Source of the DNA: Planctomycetota bacterium
GTDB taxonomy: Bacteria; Planctomycetota; UBA1135
Assembly: GCA_027020785.1 (NCBI GenBank)
Contig: JALUVI010000069.1
Coordinates: 1 to 50,972 of the forward strand
Direction of reading: 5' to 3'
Length of the DNA: 50,972 nt
Position 1 is the first letter of the stretch, and every line of letters starts with the position of its first letter. A program made the position numbers and the translations under genes. A model generated the notes under the pieces. That model saw nothing but the letters and a program-made list of their open reading frames with translations, did no database searches and was not told where the DNA came from. Below are positions 1-8,431 of this stretch, piece by piece.

Positions 1-711
1 GAGCGTGACCCAATCACGGGTCGCCGAGAAGAAGGCCGCCGCAGTCACGACGTCGAGGGCGCCGTCCTCGTCGAGGTCGCCGAGGGCGATGGAGCCTCCC
101 TGGGCGACGTCGCCGCCGACGAAGGGACGCGAGAAGTTGCCCTGACCGTCGTTGTACCAGGGGCGGCCGCCGTTCGGCACGACCAGGTCGAGGTCGCCGT
201 CGCCGTCGAGGTCGCCGAGCGCCAGGTCCCCGGCGCCGTCGCCGGTGGAGCCGTAGGACACGGCCGGCAGGAAACGCCCCGAACCGAGCCCGATGAAGAC
301 GTCGTTGACGTTGCCCGCATGGTCCAGCACGTTGGAGGTGACGAGGTCCATGATGCCGTCACCGTCGAGGTCGCCGGCGACGACGACCTGACCGCCGAGC
401 TCGGTGGCCACCGTGCGCGTCCGCAGAGTGGAGTAGGGCGGGACGTTGCCGACGACGTGGACGGCGCCGTGGGTGACGATCTGGCCGAAACCGTCGATGG
501 TCGGCGGCTCGGCGGAGGCGAGGTCGGCGTCGCCGTCGCCGTCGAGGTCCACGGCGACCAGCGCGAGGTCGTCGGTCGCGCGGTAGAACCGCGGCGCGCC
601 GAAGAGGTCGCGGGCGCCGTTCTGGGCCGGAGCCGGAGAGGCTGCCAGGACGGCCAGGGCGACGACCGCGGCTGCGCCGACGAGGGAGGGCGGGAAGGAG
701 GTGCGTTCCAT
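1..711 (-). CDS. FG-GAP/VCBS-repeat secreted protein, N-terminal part only (open to window edge)
   Basis: ATG at 711-709. My own translation gives MERTSFPPSLVGAAAVVALAVLAASPAPAQ (signal peptide), then repeated GDLDGDGxxDLV / DLDGDGDLDLVV motifs. No stop occurs before base 1, so it is absent from the ORF track. Confidence 0.75.
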   Translation of the reverse strand, partial: MERTSFPPSLVGAAAVVALAVLAASPAPAQNGARDLFGAPRFYRATDDLALVAVDLDGDGDADLASAEPPTIDGFGQIVTHGAVHVVGNVPPYSTLRTRTVATELGGQVVVAGDLDGDGIMDLVTSNVLDHAGNVNDVFIGLGSGRFLPAVSYGSTGDGAGDLALGDLDGDGDLDLVVPNGGRPWYNDGQGNFSRPFVGGDVAQGGSIALGDLDEDGALDVVTAAAFFSATRDWVTL

Positions 712-824
712 GACCGCAGCCTAACCCCAATTCCTCACGGAAGGGTCACGAAGGGGTGGCGATGCCGTGCCCCGACCGGCGGCCACGCCTCCTCCGGCCC
801 CTCGGGCCGCGCGCGGGCGAAGCC

Positions 825-830
825 TACAAT
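825..830 (+). promoter_or_regulatory. -10-like box TACAAT, 6 nt upstream of ATG 837
   Basis: GCCTACAATGGCCGCATG. Confidence 0.45.
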
Positions 831-836
831 GGCCGC

Positions 837-3179
837 ATGGCCCGTCACGCCCCCCGTCCCCACGAGCTCGAAGGCGACTTCCACCGCTGGGAGGTCGTCG
901 GCGACATGGTCGACCAACTCATCGACCTGATGCTGAACCTCCGCCAGAGCGGCCACCCCGGCGGCTCCCGTTCCAAGCGCCCGCTGATGGTCGCTCTGAC
1001 CCTCTCCGGGGTCATGCGCTGGGACATCCGCCACCCCGGAAAGGCCTTCGCCGACCGCTTCGTCCTCTCGGCCGGCCACTGCGTCCCCGTCGTCTACGCC
1101 ATGCTCGCGGTCTACAACGAGGCGCTGCGCCGGCGCTTCGCCGCCACCGGACACGACCGCTACGCCGTCCCCGACGCCGAGAAACGGCAGCTGGTCTGGG
1201 AGGACCTGCTCGACCTGCGCCACCGCGGCGGCCTGCCCGGCCACGCCGAGGAAGCAGGCAAGACCCTCGTCTTCAAGGCCAACACCGGGCCCAGCGGCCA
1301 CGGCGGCCCACCCTCGGTCGGCATCGCGATGGCGCTCAAGGCCGCCCGCGCCGACGGCGAGGTCAAGGTGTTCTCCCTGGAAGGCGAAGGCGGGCTCACC
1401 GCCGGCGCCCACCACGAGGCGCGCCTCACCGCCTGGGGCATGGGGCTCGGCAACCTCAACTACCTCGTCGATTGGAACGACTACGGCATCGACCCGCGTC
1501 CCTACTCGCAGGTCATGTACGGCGACCCGCAGCTGTGGTCGGACGCCTACGGCTGGCGCACCCGCGGCACCGGCAAGGGCCACCGCTACGACGAGATCGT
1601 GCGCATCCTCTGCGACAACGTCTTCGCCGAAGGCGACCAGCCGCGCTGCAGCTGGTTCAACACGGTCAAGGGCCGCGGCTACGGCGTCGAGGGCTACGCC
1701 TCGCACGGAGCGGCCCTGCCGCCGAACTCGGAGCTGTTCTGGAAGGTCAAGGCCGAGTTCGCGGAGAAGTACGGGCTCGAGTTCGAGGGCATGGGCCAAC
1801 CCCGCCCTGCGACCGACGAGGAGTTCCGCGCCCAGACCGCGCACAACATGCAGGTGGTCCTCTCGCTGCTCGACCGCGACGGCCTCGGCGAGTGGCTGGC
1901 CGACAAGCTGGTCGAGATCGGCGACTCGGTGCCCGAAGAGATTCCCGGGCTGCGGCTGTCCGCACAGGACTTCTCCTCCGACCCCGAGGTCGTGGACCCG
2001 GAGCGACTGCCGAAGTCGGTGTTCTTCGAGCCGGGTGAGAAACAGCCCAACCGCAAGGGCCTGGCCAAGGTCGGCGCCTATCTCAACGCGGTCGGGCGCC
2101 GCAAGTACGGCCGCCCGCTGGTCATCGCCTGCAGCGCCGACCTCGCCGAGTCCACCAACATCGTCGGCTTCGCCCAGGGTTTCGGCGACTCCGAGGGCTG
2201 GGGCTGGTACCAGCCCGTGGACAACCCCGACGGCGCCCTCCTGCCGACCGCCATCACCGAGTTCGGCAACGCGGGCCTGATGTGTGGGCTGGCGAGCACC
2301 AACCTCGCCGCCGACCCGGAAAAGGATTTCGTCGGATTCTGGGGCGCCTGCTCGACCTACGGCTCCTTCAGCTACCTCAAGTACGGTCCGATGCGGCTGT
2401 ACTCGCAGCTGGTCCAGGACTCGCCCTACCGCAAGGGCAAGGTGATCTGGATCGCCGGCCACAGCGGCCCCGAGACCGCCGAGGACTCGCGCACCCACTT
2501 CGGCGTCTTCTCCCCCGTCGTCACCCAGCTGTTCCCCCGCGGCCAGACCATCGACCTCCACCCGTGGGAGCCGAACGAGGTCGGGCCGGCGCTGCTGACC
2601 GCGCTCGGCACCGAGGCCCCCATCGTCGCCCTGCACCTGACGCGGCCGCCGATCGAGATCCCGGACCGCGAGGCGCTGGGGATGGACTCGCACATGATGG
2701 CGGCGCGCGGCGCCTACCTCATCCGCGACTACGACCCCGAACGCCCCAAGCAGGGCTGCATCTTCGTGCGCGGCACCAGCTCCACCGCATCGGTGGTGGA
2801 GCTGCTGAAGGCGGGCGCCTTCGAGGGCGACGGCCCGAACGTCAAACTGGTGGCCGCCATCAGCGAAGAGCTGTTCCGCCGTCAGCCCGAGGAGTGGCGC
2901 AATCGGGTGGTGACCCGGGAGGACTGGTTCGACAGCACCTTCATCACCAACGGCGCGCGCATCGGGATGACCGCATGGACTGCCCACTCGGTCGCTGCGG
3001 AATACGCGATGAGCTCCGACTGGGACGACCGCTGGCGCACCGGCGGTTCGCTCGCCGAGGTCATCCAGGAAGCGCGCCTCGACCCCGAGAGCCTGCTGGA
3101 AGGCATCCAGCGCTTCGCCGAGGACCGCGAGGAGCGCTTCGCCCGCGCCGGCGCACCGAAGGACCTGGCCCGCGCCTGA
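837..3179 (+). CDS. transketolase-family thiamine-diphosphate enzyme (divergent, about 780 aa)
   Basis: Part of ORF 756..3179. It has the SGHPGGS and DRFVLSAGH motifs, a TPP-binding region EGEGGLTAG...DWNDYGID, and the pyrimidine-binding and C-terminal domains. I prefer the start at 837 (MARHAPRP) because TACAAT lies 6 nt upstream. Confidence 0.8.
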   Translation: MARHAPRPHELEGDFHRWEVVGDMVDQLIDLMLNLRQSGHPGGSRSKRPLMVALTLSGVMRWDIRHPGKAFADRFVLSAGHCVPVVYAMLAVYNEALRRRFAATGHDRYAVPDAEKRQLVWEDLLDLRHRGGLPGHAEEAGKTLVFKANTGPSGHGGPPSVGIAMALKAARADGEVKVFSLEGEGGLTAGAHHEARLTAWGMGLGNLNYLVDWNDYGIDPRPYSQVMYGDPQLWSDAYGWRTRGTGKGHRYDEIVRILCDNVFAEGDQPRCSWFNTVKGRGYGVEGYASHGAALPPNSELFWKVKAEFAEKYGLEFEGMGQPRPATDEEFRAQTAHNMQVVLSLLDRDGLGEWLADKLVEIGDSVPEEIPGLRLSAQDFSSDPEVVDPERLPKSVFFEPGEKQPNRKGLAKVGAYLNAVGRRKYGRPLVIACSADLAESTNIVGFAQGFGDSEGWGWYQPVDNPDGALLPTAITEFGNAGLMCGLASTNLAADPEKDFVGFWGACSTYGSFSYLKYGPMRLYSQLVQDSPYRKGKVIWIAGHSGPETAEDSRTHFGVFSPVVTQLFPRGQTIDLHPWEPNEVGPALLTALGTEAPIVALHLTRPPIEIPDREALGMDSHMMAARGAYLIRDYDPERPKQGCIFVRGTSSTASVVELLKAGAFEGDGPNVKLVAAISEELFRRQPEEWRNRVVTREDWFDSTFITNGARIGMTAWTAHSVAAEYAMSSDWDDRWRTGGSLAEVIQEARLDPESLLEGIQRFAEDREERFARAGAPKDLARA

Positions 3180-3204
3180 TCCCGACCGCGGCCCACGGCC
3201 CCGA

Positions 3205-4143
3205 TCACCTCCCGCGGTGGTCGGGGCCGCTGCGTTCGGCGAAGCGACGGGCGAGGTGGCTGGCGACGTCGGCGAGGAGGACGAGGACCACACCGAGGAG
3301 GACCAGGAACACCATCTCGTCGTAGCGGAAGCGGGCGCGCGCCTCCATCACCCAATAGCCGAGGCTGACGATGCCGAGCATGCCGAGCACCGTGGCCTCG
3401 CGAACGCAGGTCTCGAGGCGGTAGAAGAAGAAGAGCAGGTGCCGCGGAAAGGTGGTCGGCAGCAGCGCGGCGAAGAGGAGCTGACGACGGTCGGCGCCGA
3501 GGCTGCGCAACGCGGCCGGGACCCCGCTCGGCACGTTCTCGAAGGTGTCGGCGCCGAGACGGCCGAGGATGCCGCCGTTGTGGACGGCGAGGGCGAGGAC
3601 CGCCGGCCAGGCCGTCGGCCCGAGCAGGCCGAGCAGGAGGAAGGCCCACACGTACTCCGGCACTGCCCGCATCAGCACCGCGCCCAGGCGCGCCAGGCTG
3701 CGCAGGACCACCCATCCGACGTGGCAGACGGTGCTGTGCCGGGTGTTCGGGACGAAGGGGTCGCAGGTCATCAGGGCGCCGCTCGCGAGCGGCGCCACGC
3801 ATGCGGCGAGCACACCGGCCAGGGCCATCGCCGCCAGGGCGATGGCGAGGGTCCGCCAGGCCGCTTCGTAGCCCATGGTGCGCCACGCCTCGGCGGCCCA
3901 GGCGGCCGCGGCCCCCCAGCCCTCTCCCTCGCGGAGCGGCGCCGGCGCCACCTGGTCGCGGAGGAAGGCGCCGATGCGAGCGAACCGACCGGAGGCGAAG
4001 AGCCGAACGAGGCCGAAGTCGCCCCACCACCAAGCGCCGAGGACGAACGCCGAGAGGGCCGTGAGACTGCCCCGAAGGAAGCGGTCGCGCGGACGACGAC
4101 GCCGCAAGGCCCGGACCTCGGCGAGACGGGCGGCGGCGTTCAT
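3205..4143 (-). CDS. phnE: phosphonate-type ABC transporter permease (PhnE family), copy 2
   Basis: Only the C-terminal 312 aa of ORF 3205..5076 are real (MNAAARLAEV...). The protein is multi-TM with the EAA-like loop LRSLGADRRQLLFAALLP. The start overlaps the upstream stop as ATGA. Confidence 0.85.
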   Translation of the reverse strand: MNAAARLAEVRALRRRRPRDRFLRGSLTALSAFVLGAWWWGDFGLVRLFASGRFARIGAFLRDQVAPAPLREGEGWGAAAAWAAEAWRTMGYEAAWRTLAIALAAMALAGVLAACVAPLASGALMTCDPFVPNTRHSTVCHVGWVVLRSLARLGAVLMRAVPEYVWAFLLLGLLGPTAWPAVLALAVHNGGILGRLGADTFENVPSGVPAALRSLGADRRQLLFAALLPTTFPRHLLFFFYRLETCVREATVLGMLGIVSLGYWVMEARARFRYDEMVFLVLLGVVLVLLADVASHLARRFAERSGPDHRGR

Positions 4144-4991
4144 GCGACGAACCTCCGGCGCAGACGAGCGCTCCATCCCTCCAGGACCAGGACGACGGCG
4201 ACCAACGCCCAGAGCTGGGCCCAGACCTCGCGGTAGTGGAGGTTCTCGAAGCTGCGGGCGATCAGGAAACCGATGGTGGGGATGCCGAAGAAGCCGAGGA
4301 CGGCGGCCGAACGCACGCAGCACTCGAGGCGGTAGAAGGCATAGGCCGAGACGTCCGGCAACGCCACCGGCAGGATCCCGAACAGGAAGCGGGTCAGCGG
4401 AGTCGCTCCCAGGGCCTCGAGCGCGGCCGCCGGCCGCGGGTCGGCCTCGTCGAGGATCTCGGACCAGACCTTGGCCAGGGTTCCGGCGTAGGGCAGGGCC
4501 AGGGCGAGCAGGCCGGTCGCCGGGGACAGGCCGAAGGCGGCGAGGAACAGGACGGCCCAGAGGAGTTCGTGGACCGACCGCAGGACGACCACGAGCCCGC
4601 GGACGGCCCAGCGCACGCCGCTCCCGAGCCGGCCGCGCCCCCGCCACCATGCTCCCGACGCCAGGAGCGCGAGCGGCGCGGCGGCCACCACCGCCAGGCT
4701 CATCGCCGCCAGGGCGTAGGCGACGGTGCGCAGCAGGGCCGCCCCCACCTGGAGCGGGAACGCGGGAGTCCCGGGAGGCACGGAGACGGCCTCGTGGTCC
4801 AGGGCGGGGCGCAGGGCGGCGGCGAGGAACTCGAGGGTGAGCTCCCAACCCCGCCCGTGCGGGACCAGGTCGGCGGGGCGCAATCCCACGGCCAGCCCGG
4901 AGACGGCGCCGAGCGCCAGGATCGCGGCGACCAGGACGGTGCGGCGGCCGAGGAGGGGCCGCGACGGCGGGACGGCGGGGCGAGTGCTCAC
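4140..4991 (-). CDS. phnE: phosphonate-type ABC transporter permease (PhnE family), copy 1
   Basis: ORF 4140..4991. It has hydrophobic TM segments and the loop LEALGATPLTRFLFGILP. The GTG start overlaps the phnC stop as GTGA. Confidence 0.85.
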   Translation of the reverse strand: MSTRPAVPPSRPLLGRRTVLVAAILALGAVSGLAVGLRPADLVPHGRGWELTLEFLAAALRPALDHEAVSVPPGTPAFPLQVGAALLRTVAYALAAMSLAVVAAAPLALLASGAWWRGRGRLGSGVRWAVRGLVVVLRSVHELLWAVLFLAAFGLSPATGLLALALPYAGTLAKVWSEILDEADPRPAAALEALGATPLTRFLFGILPVALPDVSAYAFYRLECCVRSAAVLGFFGIPTIGFLIARSFENLHYREVWAQLWALVAVVLVLEGWSARLRRRFVA

Positions 4992-5758
4992 GAGGCCGCG
5001 ACGCCGTCGGTGAAGGCGTAGAGGGCCTCGACGTCGGCGGGCGACACCCGGTCGGCAGGCCGGTCGAAGAGGACACGCCCGTTGCGAAGCCCGACCACCC
5101 GTGGGAGGAAGGCGCGGGCGAGCTCGAGGTCGTGCAGACTGACCACCAGGGTCAACCCGCGGTCGGTGGCGAGGTCGGTCAGCAGGCGGATCACCGAACG
5201 CGCCCGGGCCGGGTCCACCGAGGCGACCGGCTCGTCGGCGAGGAGGGCTTCAGGTTCCTGGAACAGGGCCCGCACGATGGCCACGCGCTGTTGCTGGCCG
5301 CCGGAGAGGCGGTCGGTGCGATGGAACAGGCGGTCGGCGATGCCGACCCGCTCCAGCAGTGCGTGGGCGCGCAACAGGTCGTCGCGGCCGGGCCACACCA
5401 GGGAACGGAGCGAAGCCAGGAAGCCGCGGCGACCGAGCTTGCCGCTGACGACGTTCTGGACCACTCGCAGGTTGGGAACCAGACCGTGGTCCTGCGGGAC
5501 GAAACCGACGCTGGCGCGAAACGCGCGCAGCTCGCGCCTCCCGAACCCGTGGACGTCCCGACCGTCCCAGAGCATCCGCCCCGAACAGGGTTGGACCACG
5601 CCGTCGAGCACGCGCAACAAGGTGGTCTTGCCGGCGCCGCTCGGCCCGACCAATGCGACCTGCTCACCGGGCGCGATCTCCAGGTCCACCTCGCGCAACA
5701 CCTCGACGCCGTCGAAATCGACGCCGACGTGGTCGAGGCGGAACGAGGCGGAAGCCAC
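4988..5758 (-). CDS. phnC: phosphonate-type ABC transporter ATP-binding protein
   Basis: Walker A GPSGAGKTT, signature LSGGQQQRV, Walker B LLADEP. The architecture is PhnC-like. Confidence 0.9.
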   Translation of the reverse strand: MASASFRLDHVGVDFDGVEVLREVDLEIAPGEQVALVGPSGAGKTTLLRVLDGVVQPCSGRMLWDGRDVHGFGRRELRAFRASVGFVPQDHGLVPNLRVVQNVVSGKLGRRGFLASLRSLVWPGRDDLLRAHALLERVGIADRLFHRTDRLSGGQQQRVAIVRALFQEPEALLADEPVASVDPARARSVIRLLTDLATDRGLTLVVSLHDLELARAFLPRVVGLRNGRVLFDRPADRVSPADVEALYAFTDGVAAS

Positions 5759-5761
5759 GCC

Positions 5762-6655
5762 CTACTCCAGGAAGCCGAGCTCGCGCGCCACCTCTTCGAT
5801 CGGCTGGTAGTCCTCGTTGCGGGCCGGGATCAGGCCCTCGGGGCGCTGCAACGCCTCCAACACGACCGGGTCCTCGATCGCGACCAGGGTCTGCTGGAGA
5901 CGGTCCACGAATCCGGCGCCGTAGCGCTGGTCGAGGACGGGGTGCGCGGTCCAGTTGTAGTCCGGATAGGGCGGGGTGGTCCAGACCCTGACGCAGCGCG
6001 CCGGGTCCAGCTTCCCCTCCGCCACCATCCGGTCGTAGACCAGGAAGTTGAGGGCGCCGGCGTCGTAGGTGCCGGCCTCCACCAGCTTGGCGGTCTTGTC
6101 GTGCGAGCCCGAGTAGTGGTTCTCGTGGCCGAAGAACTCCTCCGGACTCCGACCGGTCTCCTTGCGGATCCAGTACTCGGGCATCAGCCGCCCGCTGGTC
6201 GAGGACGGGGAGCCGAAGGTGAAGGAATGCCCCTCCAGGCCGATGGGGAAGGACTCGCTCGGCGCGATGCCGGCCTCGGCGTCGACCACGAAGTAGCTGC
6301 GGAACTCGGGGTCGCTCCGCCCCTGGGCGATGGCCCGCGCTCCCGGGACGGCGGCCCGGGCTTGCACCCCGGTCAGTCCGCCGAACCAGGCCAGTTGGAC
6401 GTCCCCGTTGCGGAACAGTTCGACCGAGGCCCCGTAGTCCGCGGTGGGCACGTATTCGAACGGGACTCCGAGGCGCTCGGACAGGTAGTCGGCGACGACG
6501 GCGTACTTCTCGGCCAGCTCCGTGGTGTTCTGGTCGGGGATCGCCGTGAAGCGGACCGGCTCGGCCCCGTCCTCGCCGCCGCTCCTGCCACAGGCCGCGG
6601 CGCAGAGGCTGGGAACGAAAAGGAGGAGCCAGGAGAGGGCGCTCGGGGACTTCAC
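5762..6655 (-). CDS. phnD: PhnD-family periplasmic substrate-binding lipoprotein (phosphonate, phosphite or other oxyanion)
   Basis: Lipoprotein signal LFVPSLCAAACG. PhnD-like motifs FTAIPDQN, LAWFGG, GSPSSTSG. GTG start with TATCAT 8 nt upstream. Confidence 0.8.
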   Translation of the reverse strand: MKSPSALSWLLLFVPSLCAAACGRSGGEDGAEPVRFTAIPDQNTTELAEKYAVVADYLSERLGVPFEYVPTADYGASVELFRNGDVQLAWFGGLTGVQARAAVPGARAIAQGRSDPEFRSYFVVDAEAGIAPSESFPIGLEGHSFTFGSPSSTSGRLMPEYWIRKETGRSPEEFFGHENHYSGSHDKTAKLVEAGTYDAGALNFLVYDRMVAEGKLDPARCVRVWTTPPYPDYNWTAHPVLDQRYGAGFVDRLQQTLVAIEDPVVLEALQRPEGLIPARNEDYQPIEEVARELGFLE

Positions 6656-6663
6656 GGGGCGTG

Positions 6664-6669
6664 ATGATA
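6664..6669 (-). promoter_or_regulatory. -10-like box TATCAT, 8 nt upstream of the phnD GTG (leaderless geometry)
   Basis: The reverse complement reads GGTATCATCACGCCCCGTG. Confidence 0.45.
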
Positions 6670-6702
6670 CCCTGGTGCCGACCTGCTAGCCTCTTCGCGG
6701 TC

Positions 6703-7188
6703 ATGCGTCGTTGGGCTCCCCTGACCGTCTCCCTCGCCCTCGCAACCGCCGCAGCCTGGTTCGGCATGCAGGCGTGCGGAAGCCTCGCCGGAGGCCCCGC
6801 CCCGCCCGTCACCGCCACGAGCTGGGCCCTGCCGGCCGACCTCGACCAGCCGCCGGACCCCAATCGGGGCTGGCGCGTCCTCGCCTTCTTCGCCCCCGAT
6901 TGAGGGACGTGCATCCACGAAGTCCCCGACCTCGTGCAGGTCCGGCGGCAATACCGGGATCGCGGCGTGGAAGTGATCGGGCTGACCCGCTCGAGCCGCG
7001 AAGAAGCCATGGCCTTCGCCCGGCGCCATGGCGCCGACTACCCCATCGTCGGCGCGGCCGACGAGGCCTTCCGCGACTACCACGTCTTCTTCGTTCCCGT
7101 GGTCTACCTGGTGAGCCCCTCCGGCATGGTCGAGGCCGACGGCCTGGAGGAGACCCGAACCGTGCTCGCGCGCGAGTTCGGTTCCTAG
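6703..7188 (+). CDS. TlpA/ResA-like periplasmic thiol-disulfide oxidoreductase with a UxxC active site (in-frame TGA 6901-6903 read as selenocysteine)
   Basis: Track ORFs 6661..6903 and 6934..7188 are in the same frame and separated only by TGA. The joined protein reads ...WRVLAFFAPD-U-GTC-IHEVPDLVQVRRQYRDRGVEVIGLT...YHVFFVPVVYLVSPSG. This aligns to the canonical FWATWCGPC...GV.V..V...VP.tflid redoxin pattern. An N-terminal signal peptide is present. Confidence 0.75.
6916..6942 (+). promoter_or_regulatory. candidate SECIS hairpin(s) downstream of UGA 6901
   Basis: Two mutually exclusive folds are possible. One is CACGA(6916-20)/UCGUG(6932-36) with an 11-nt loop carrying GU at +22/+23. The other is GACCU(6928-32)/AGGUC(6938-42) with loop CGUGC. 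Both are less canonical than the other two SECIS elements. Confidence 0.45.
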
Positions 7189-7829
7189 ACCTCCTCTTCG
7201 GGGACGAAGGGACCGGTCCAGGCGGGAACGCCGAAGCGGTCGCGCGACACGCACTCCTCCCAGTCGAGGAAACCGAGTCGCGGCCTCGGCGCGTCACTCG
7301 GATGGCCGAGCGTGACCATCAACAGCGGCGGATGGTCCTCGTCGAGCCCGAGCGACTCGGAGACGGCCTCGGGGTCGAATCCGATCATCGGGCAGCTGCC
7401 GAGCCCCTCCTCCTCGGCGGCGAGCATCAGGCTCATCCCGGCGAGGCCGACCGAACGGCAGGCCTCGTCGCGCAGGAGCCGATCCTTTCCTTCGTAGATG
7501 CCCTGGATCATGTCGTGCAGCTTGGCCCGGGCCGCCTCGGGGGCGTGGCGCAGGAAGCGGTCGGTGCGCCGGTGCGCCGTCAGGTCGCCGGCGAGGACCA
7601 CCACCGCGGCGGCCGTCCCGACCTGTTCCTGCCGCCACGACGCCTCCCACAGGGCGCGCCGCACCTCGGGGTCGGTGACGACCACCCAGTGGACGTTCTG
7701 CATGTTGAAGGACGTCGGCGCCAGGCGCGCCCGTGCGACGAGCCGGCGCAGCAGGCCGTCGTCGAGCGGTCGGTCCGGATCGAAGCGGTGGCGGGCGCGA
7801 CGGTGGAGCAGGGCCTGGCGGACGTCCAT
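7185..7829 (-). CDS. nitroreductase-family protein
   Basis: ORF 7185..7829. It shows RHRFDPDRPL...APTSFNMQNVHWVVV and a C-terminal GFDPEAV pattern typical of the NADH/FMN nitroreductase fold. TAGGAT lies 7 nt upstream of the ATG. Confidence 0.8.
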   Translation of the reverse strand: MDVRQALLHRRARHRFDPDRPLDDGLLRRLVARARLAPTSFNMQNVHWVVVTDPEVRRALWEASWRQEQVGTAAAVVVLAGDLTAHRRTDRFLRHAPEAARAKLHDMIQGIYEGKDRLLRDEACRSVGLAGMSLMLAAEEEGLGSCPMIGFDPEAVSESLGLDEDHPPLLMVTLGHPSDAPRPRLGFLDWEECVSRDRFGVPAWTGPFVPEEEV

Positions 7830-7836
7830 GCGTGGA

Positions 7837-7842
7837 ATCCTA
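7837..7842 (-). promoter_or_regulatory. -10-like box TAGGAT, 7 nt upstream of the nitroreductase ATG
   Basis: The reverse complement reads CCCTAGGATTCCACGCATG. Confidence 0.45.
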
Positions 7843-7855
7843 GGGCGGCCCTACC

Positions 7856-8431
7856 ATGGGGGCCATGAAGACGACCGCTCTCCTCTGCTCCCTCGCCCTC
7901 GCGCCGCTCCTCGGCGGATTCGGCTGCGCCATCGCCATCGGCAACGACGTCCAGGCCGACGGCGGCGGCCCCGACGTGGACCGCGCGGTGTGCGTCCTCC
8001 GCGGCACCGCGGGCAACGAGAGCGTCCACGGCGTCGTCACCTTCGAAGGACGCTCCGGCGGCGTGCTGGTGCGGGCCCGCGTCGAAGGGTTGACTCCGGG
8101 CGAACACGGCTTCCACGTCCACCAGTGGGGCGACGTGGACTGCCCCGACGGCAAGTGCACCGGCGGCCACTTCGACCCCTTCGGGGAACCGCACGGCGCC
8201 CCGGACGCGCCACTGCGCCACGTCGGCGACCTCGGCAACCTCGTCGCCGGGCCCGACGGCGTCGCCGACTACGAGCGCCTGGACTCCCGGCTCCGCCTGG
8301 AGGGCCCCAACTCCATCGTGGGACGCGCCGTGGTCGTCCACGCCGGCCCGGACGACTTCTCCAGCCAGCCTTCGGGTGCGGCGGGGCCGCGGGTCGCAGT
8401 CGGCGTCATCGGGATCGCGCCGCCCGAGTAG
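7856..8431 (+). CDS. sodC: Cu/Zn superoxide dismutase, lipoprotein form
   Basis: Motifs GFHVHQWGD, GGHFDP, HVGDLGN and VVVHAGPDD, plus lipobox LLGGFGC. An alternative start is at 7865 (MKTTALL). Confidence 0.9.
   Translation: MGAMKTTALLCSLALAPLLGGFGCAIAIGNDVQADGGGPDVDRAVCVLRGTAGNESVHGVVTFEGRSGGVLVRARVEGLTPGEHGFHVHQWGDVDCPDGKCTGGHFDPFGEPHGAPDAPLRHVGDLGNLVAGPDGVADYERLDSRLRLEGPNSIVGRAVVVHAGPDDFSSQPSGAAGPRVAVGVIGIAPPE

Noticed and set aside
735-3293. An 852-aa minus-strand ORF covering the whole transketolase-like gene. Similar giant antisense or out-of-frame ORFs occur at 10517..12580, 13510..15042, 21428..23881, 30629..33541, 34793..36580, 41450..43417, 44859..46298 and 47008..48633.
   Set aside because: Their translations are Arg/Ala/Gly/Pro-rich low-complexity strings with no recognisable motifs. 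Each mirrors a motif-rich gene on the other strand or frame. Long stop-free antisense frames are expected in DNA this GC-rich.
3205-5076. A 623-aa ORF suggesting one large protein across both PhnE genes. Over-long N-terminal extensions also occur in ORFs 13032.., 13613.., 17910.., 29597.., 33132.., 37527.., 38327.., 39145.., 39834.., 42424.., 43431.., 44613.., 45716.. and 46339...
   Set aside because: Only the C-terminal parts carry family motifs. In each case an ATG, GTG or TTG coincides with the stop of the upstream gene (ATGA/GTGA) or lies just after a -10-like box. The N-terminal extensions overlap a real gene in another frame.
8406-8431. The 26-nt convergent overlap of the sodC and beta-propeller gene 3' ends, the CTAG shared-stop overlap at 7185-7188, and the 7-nt overlap at 32593-32599.
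   Set aside because: These short convergent overlaps are consistent with general genome compaction here. No additional structure or motif was seen.
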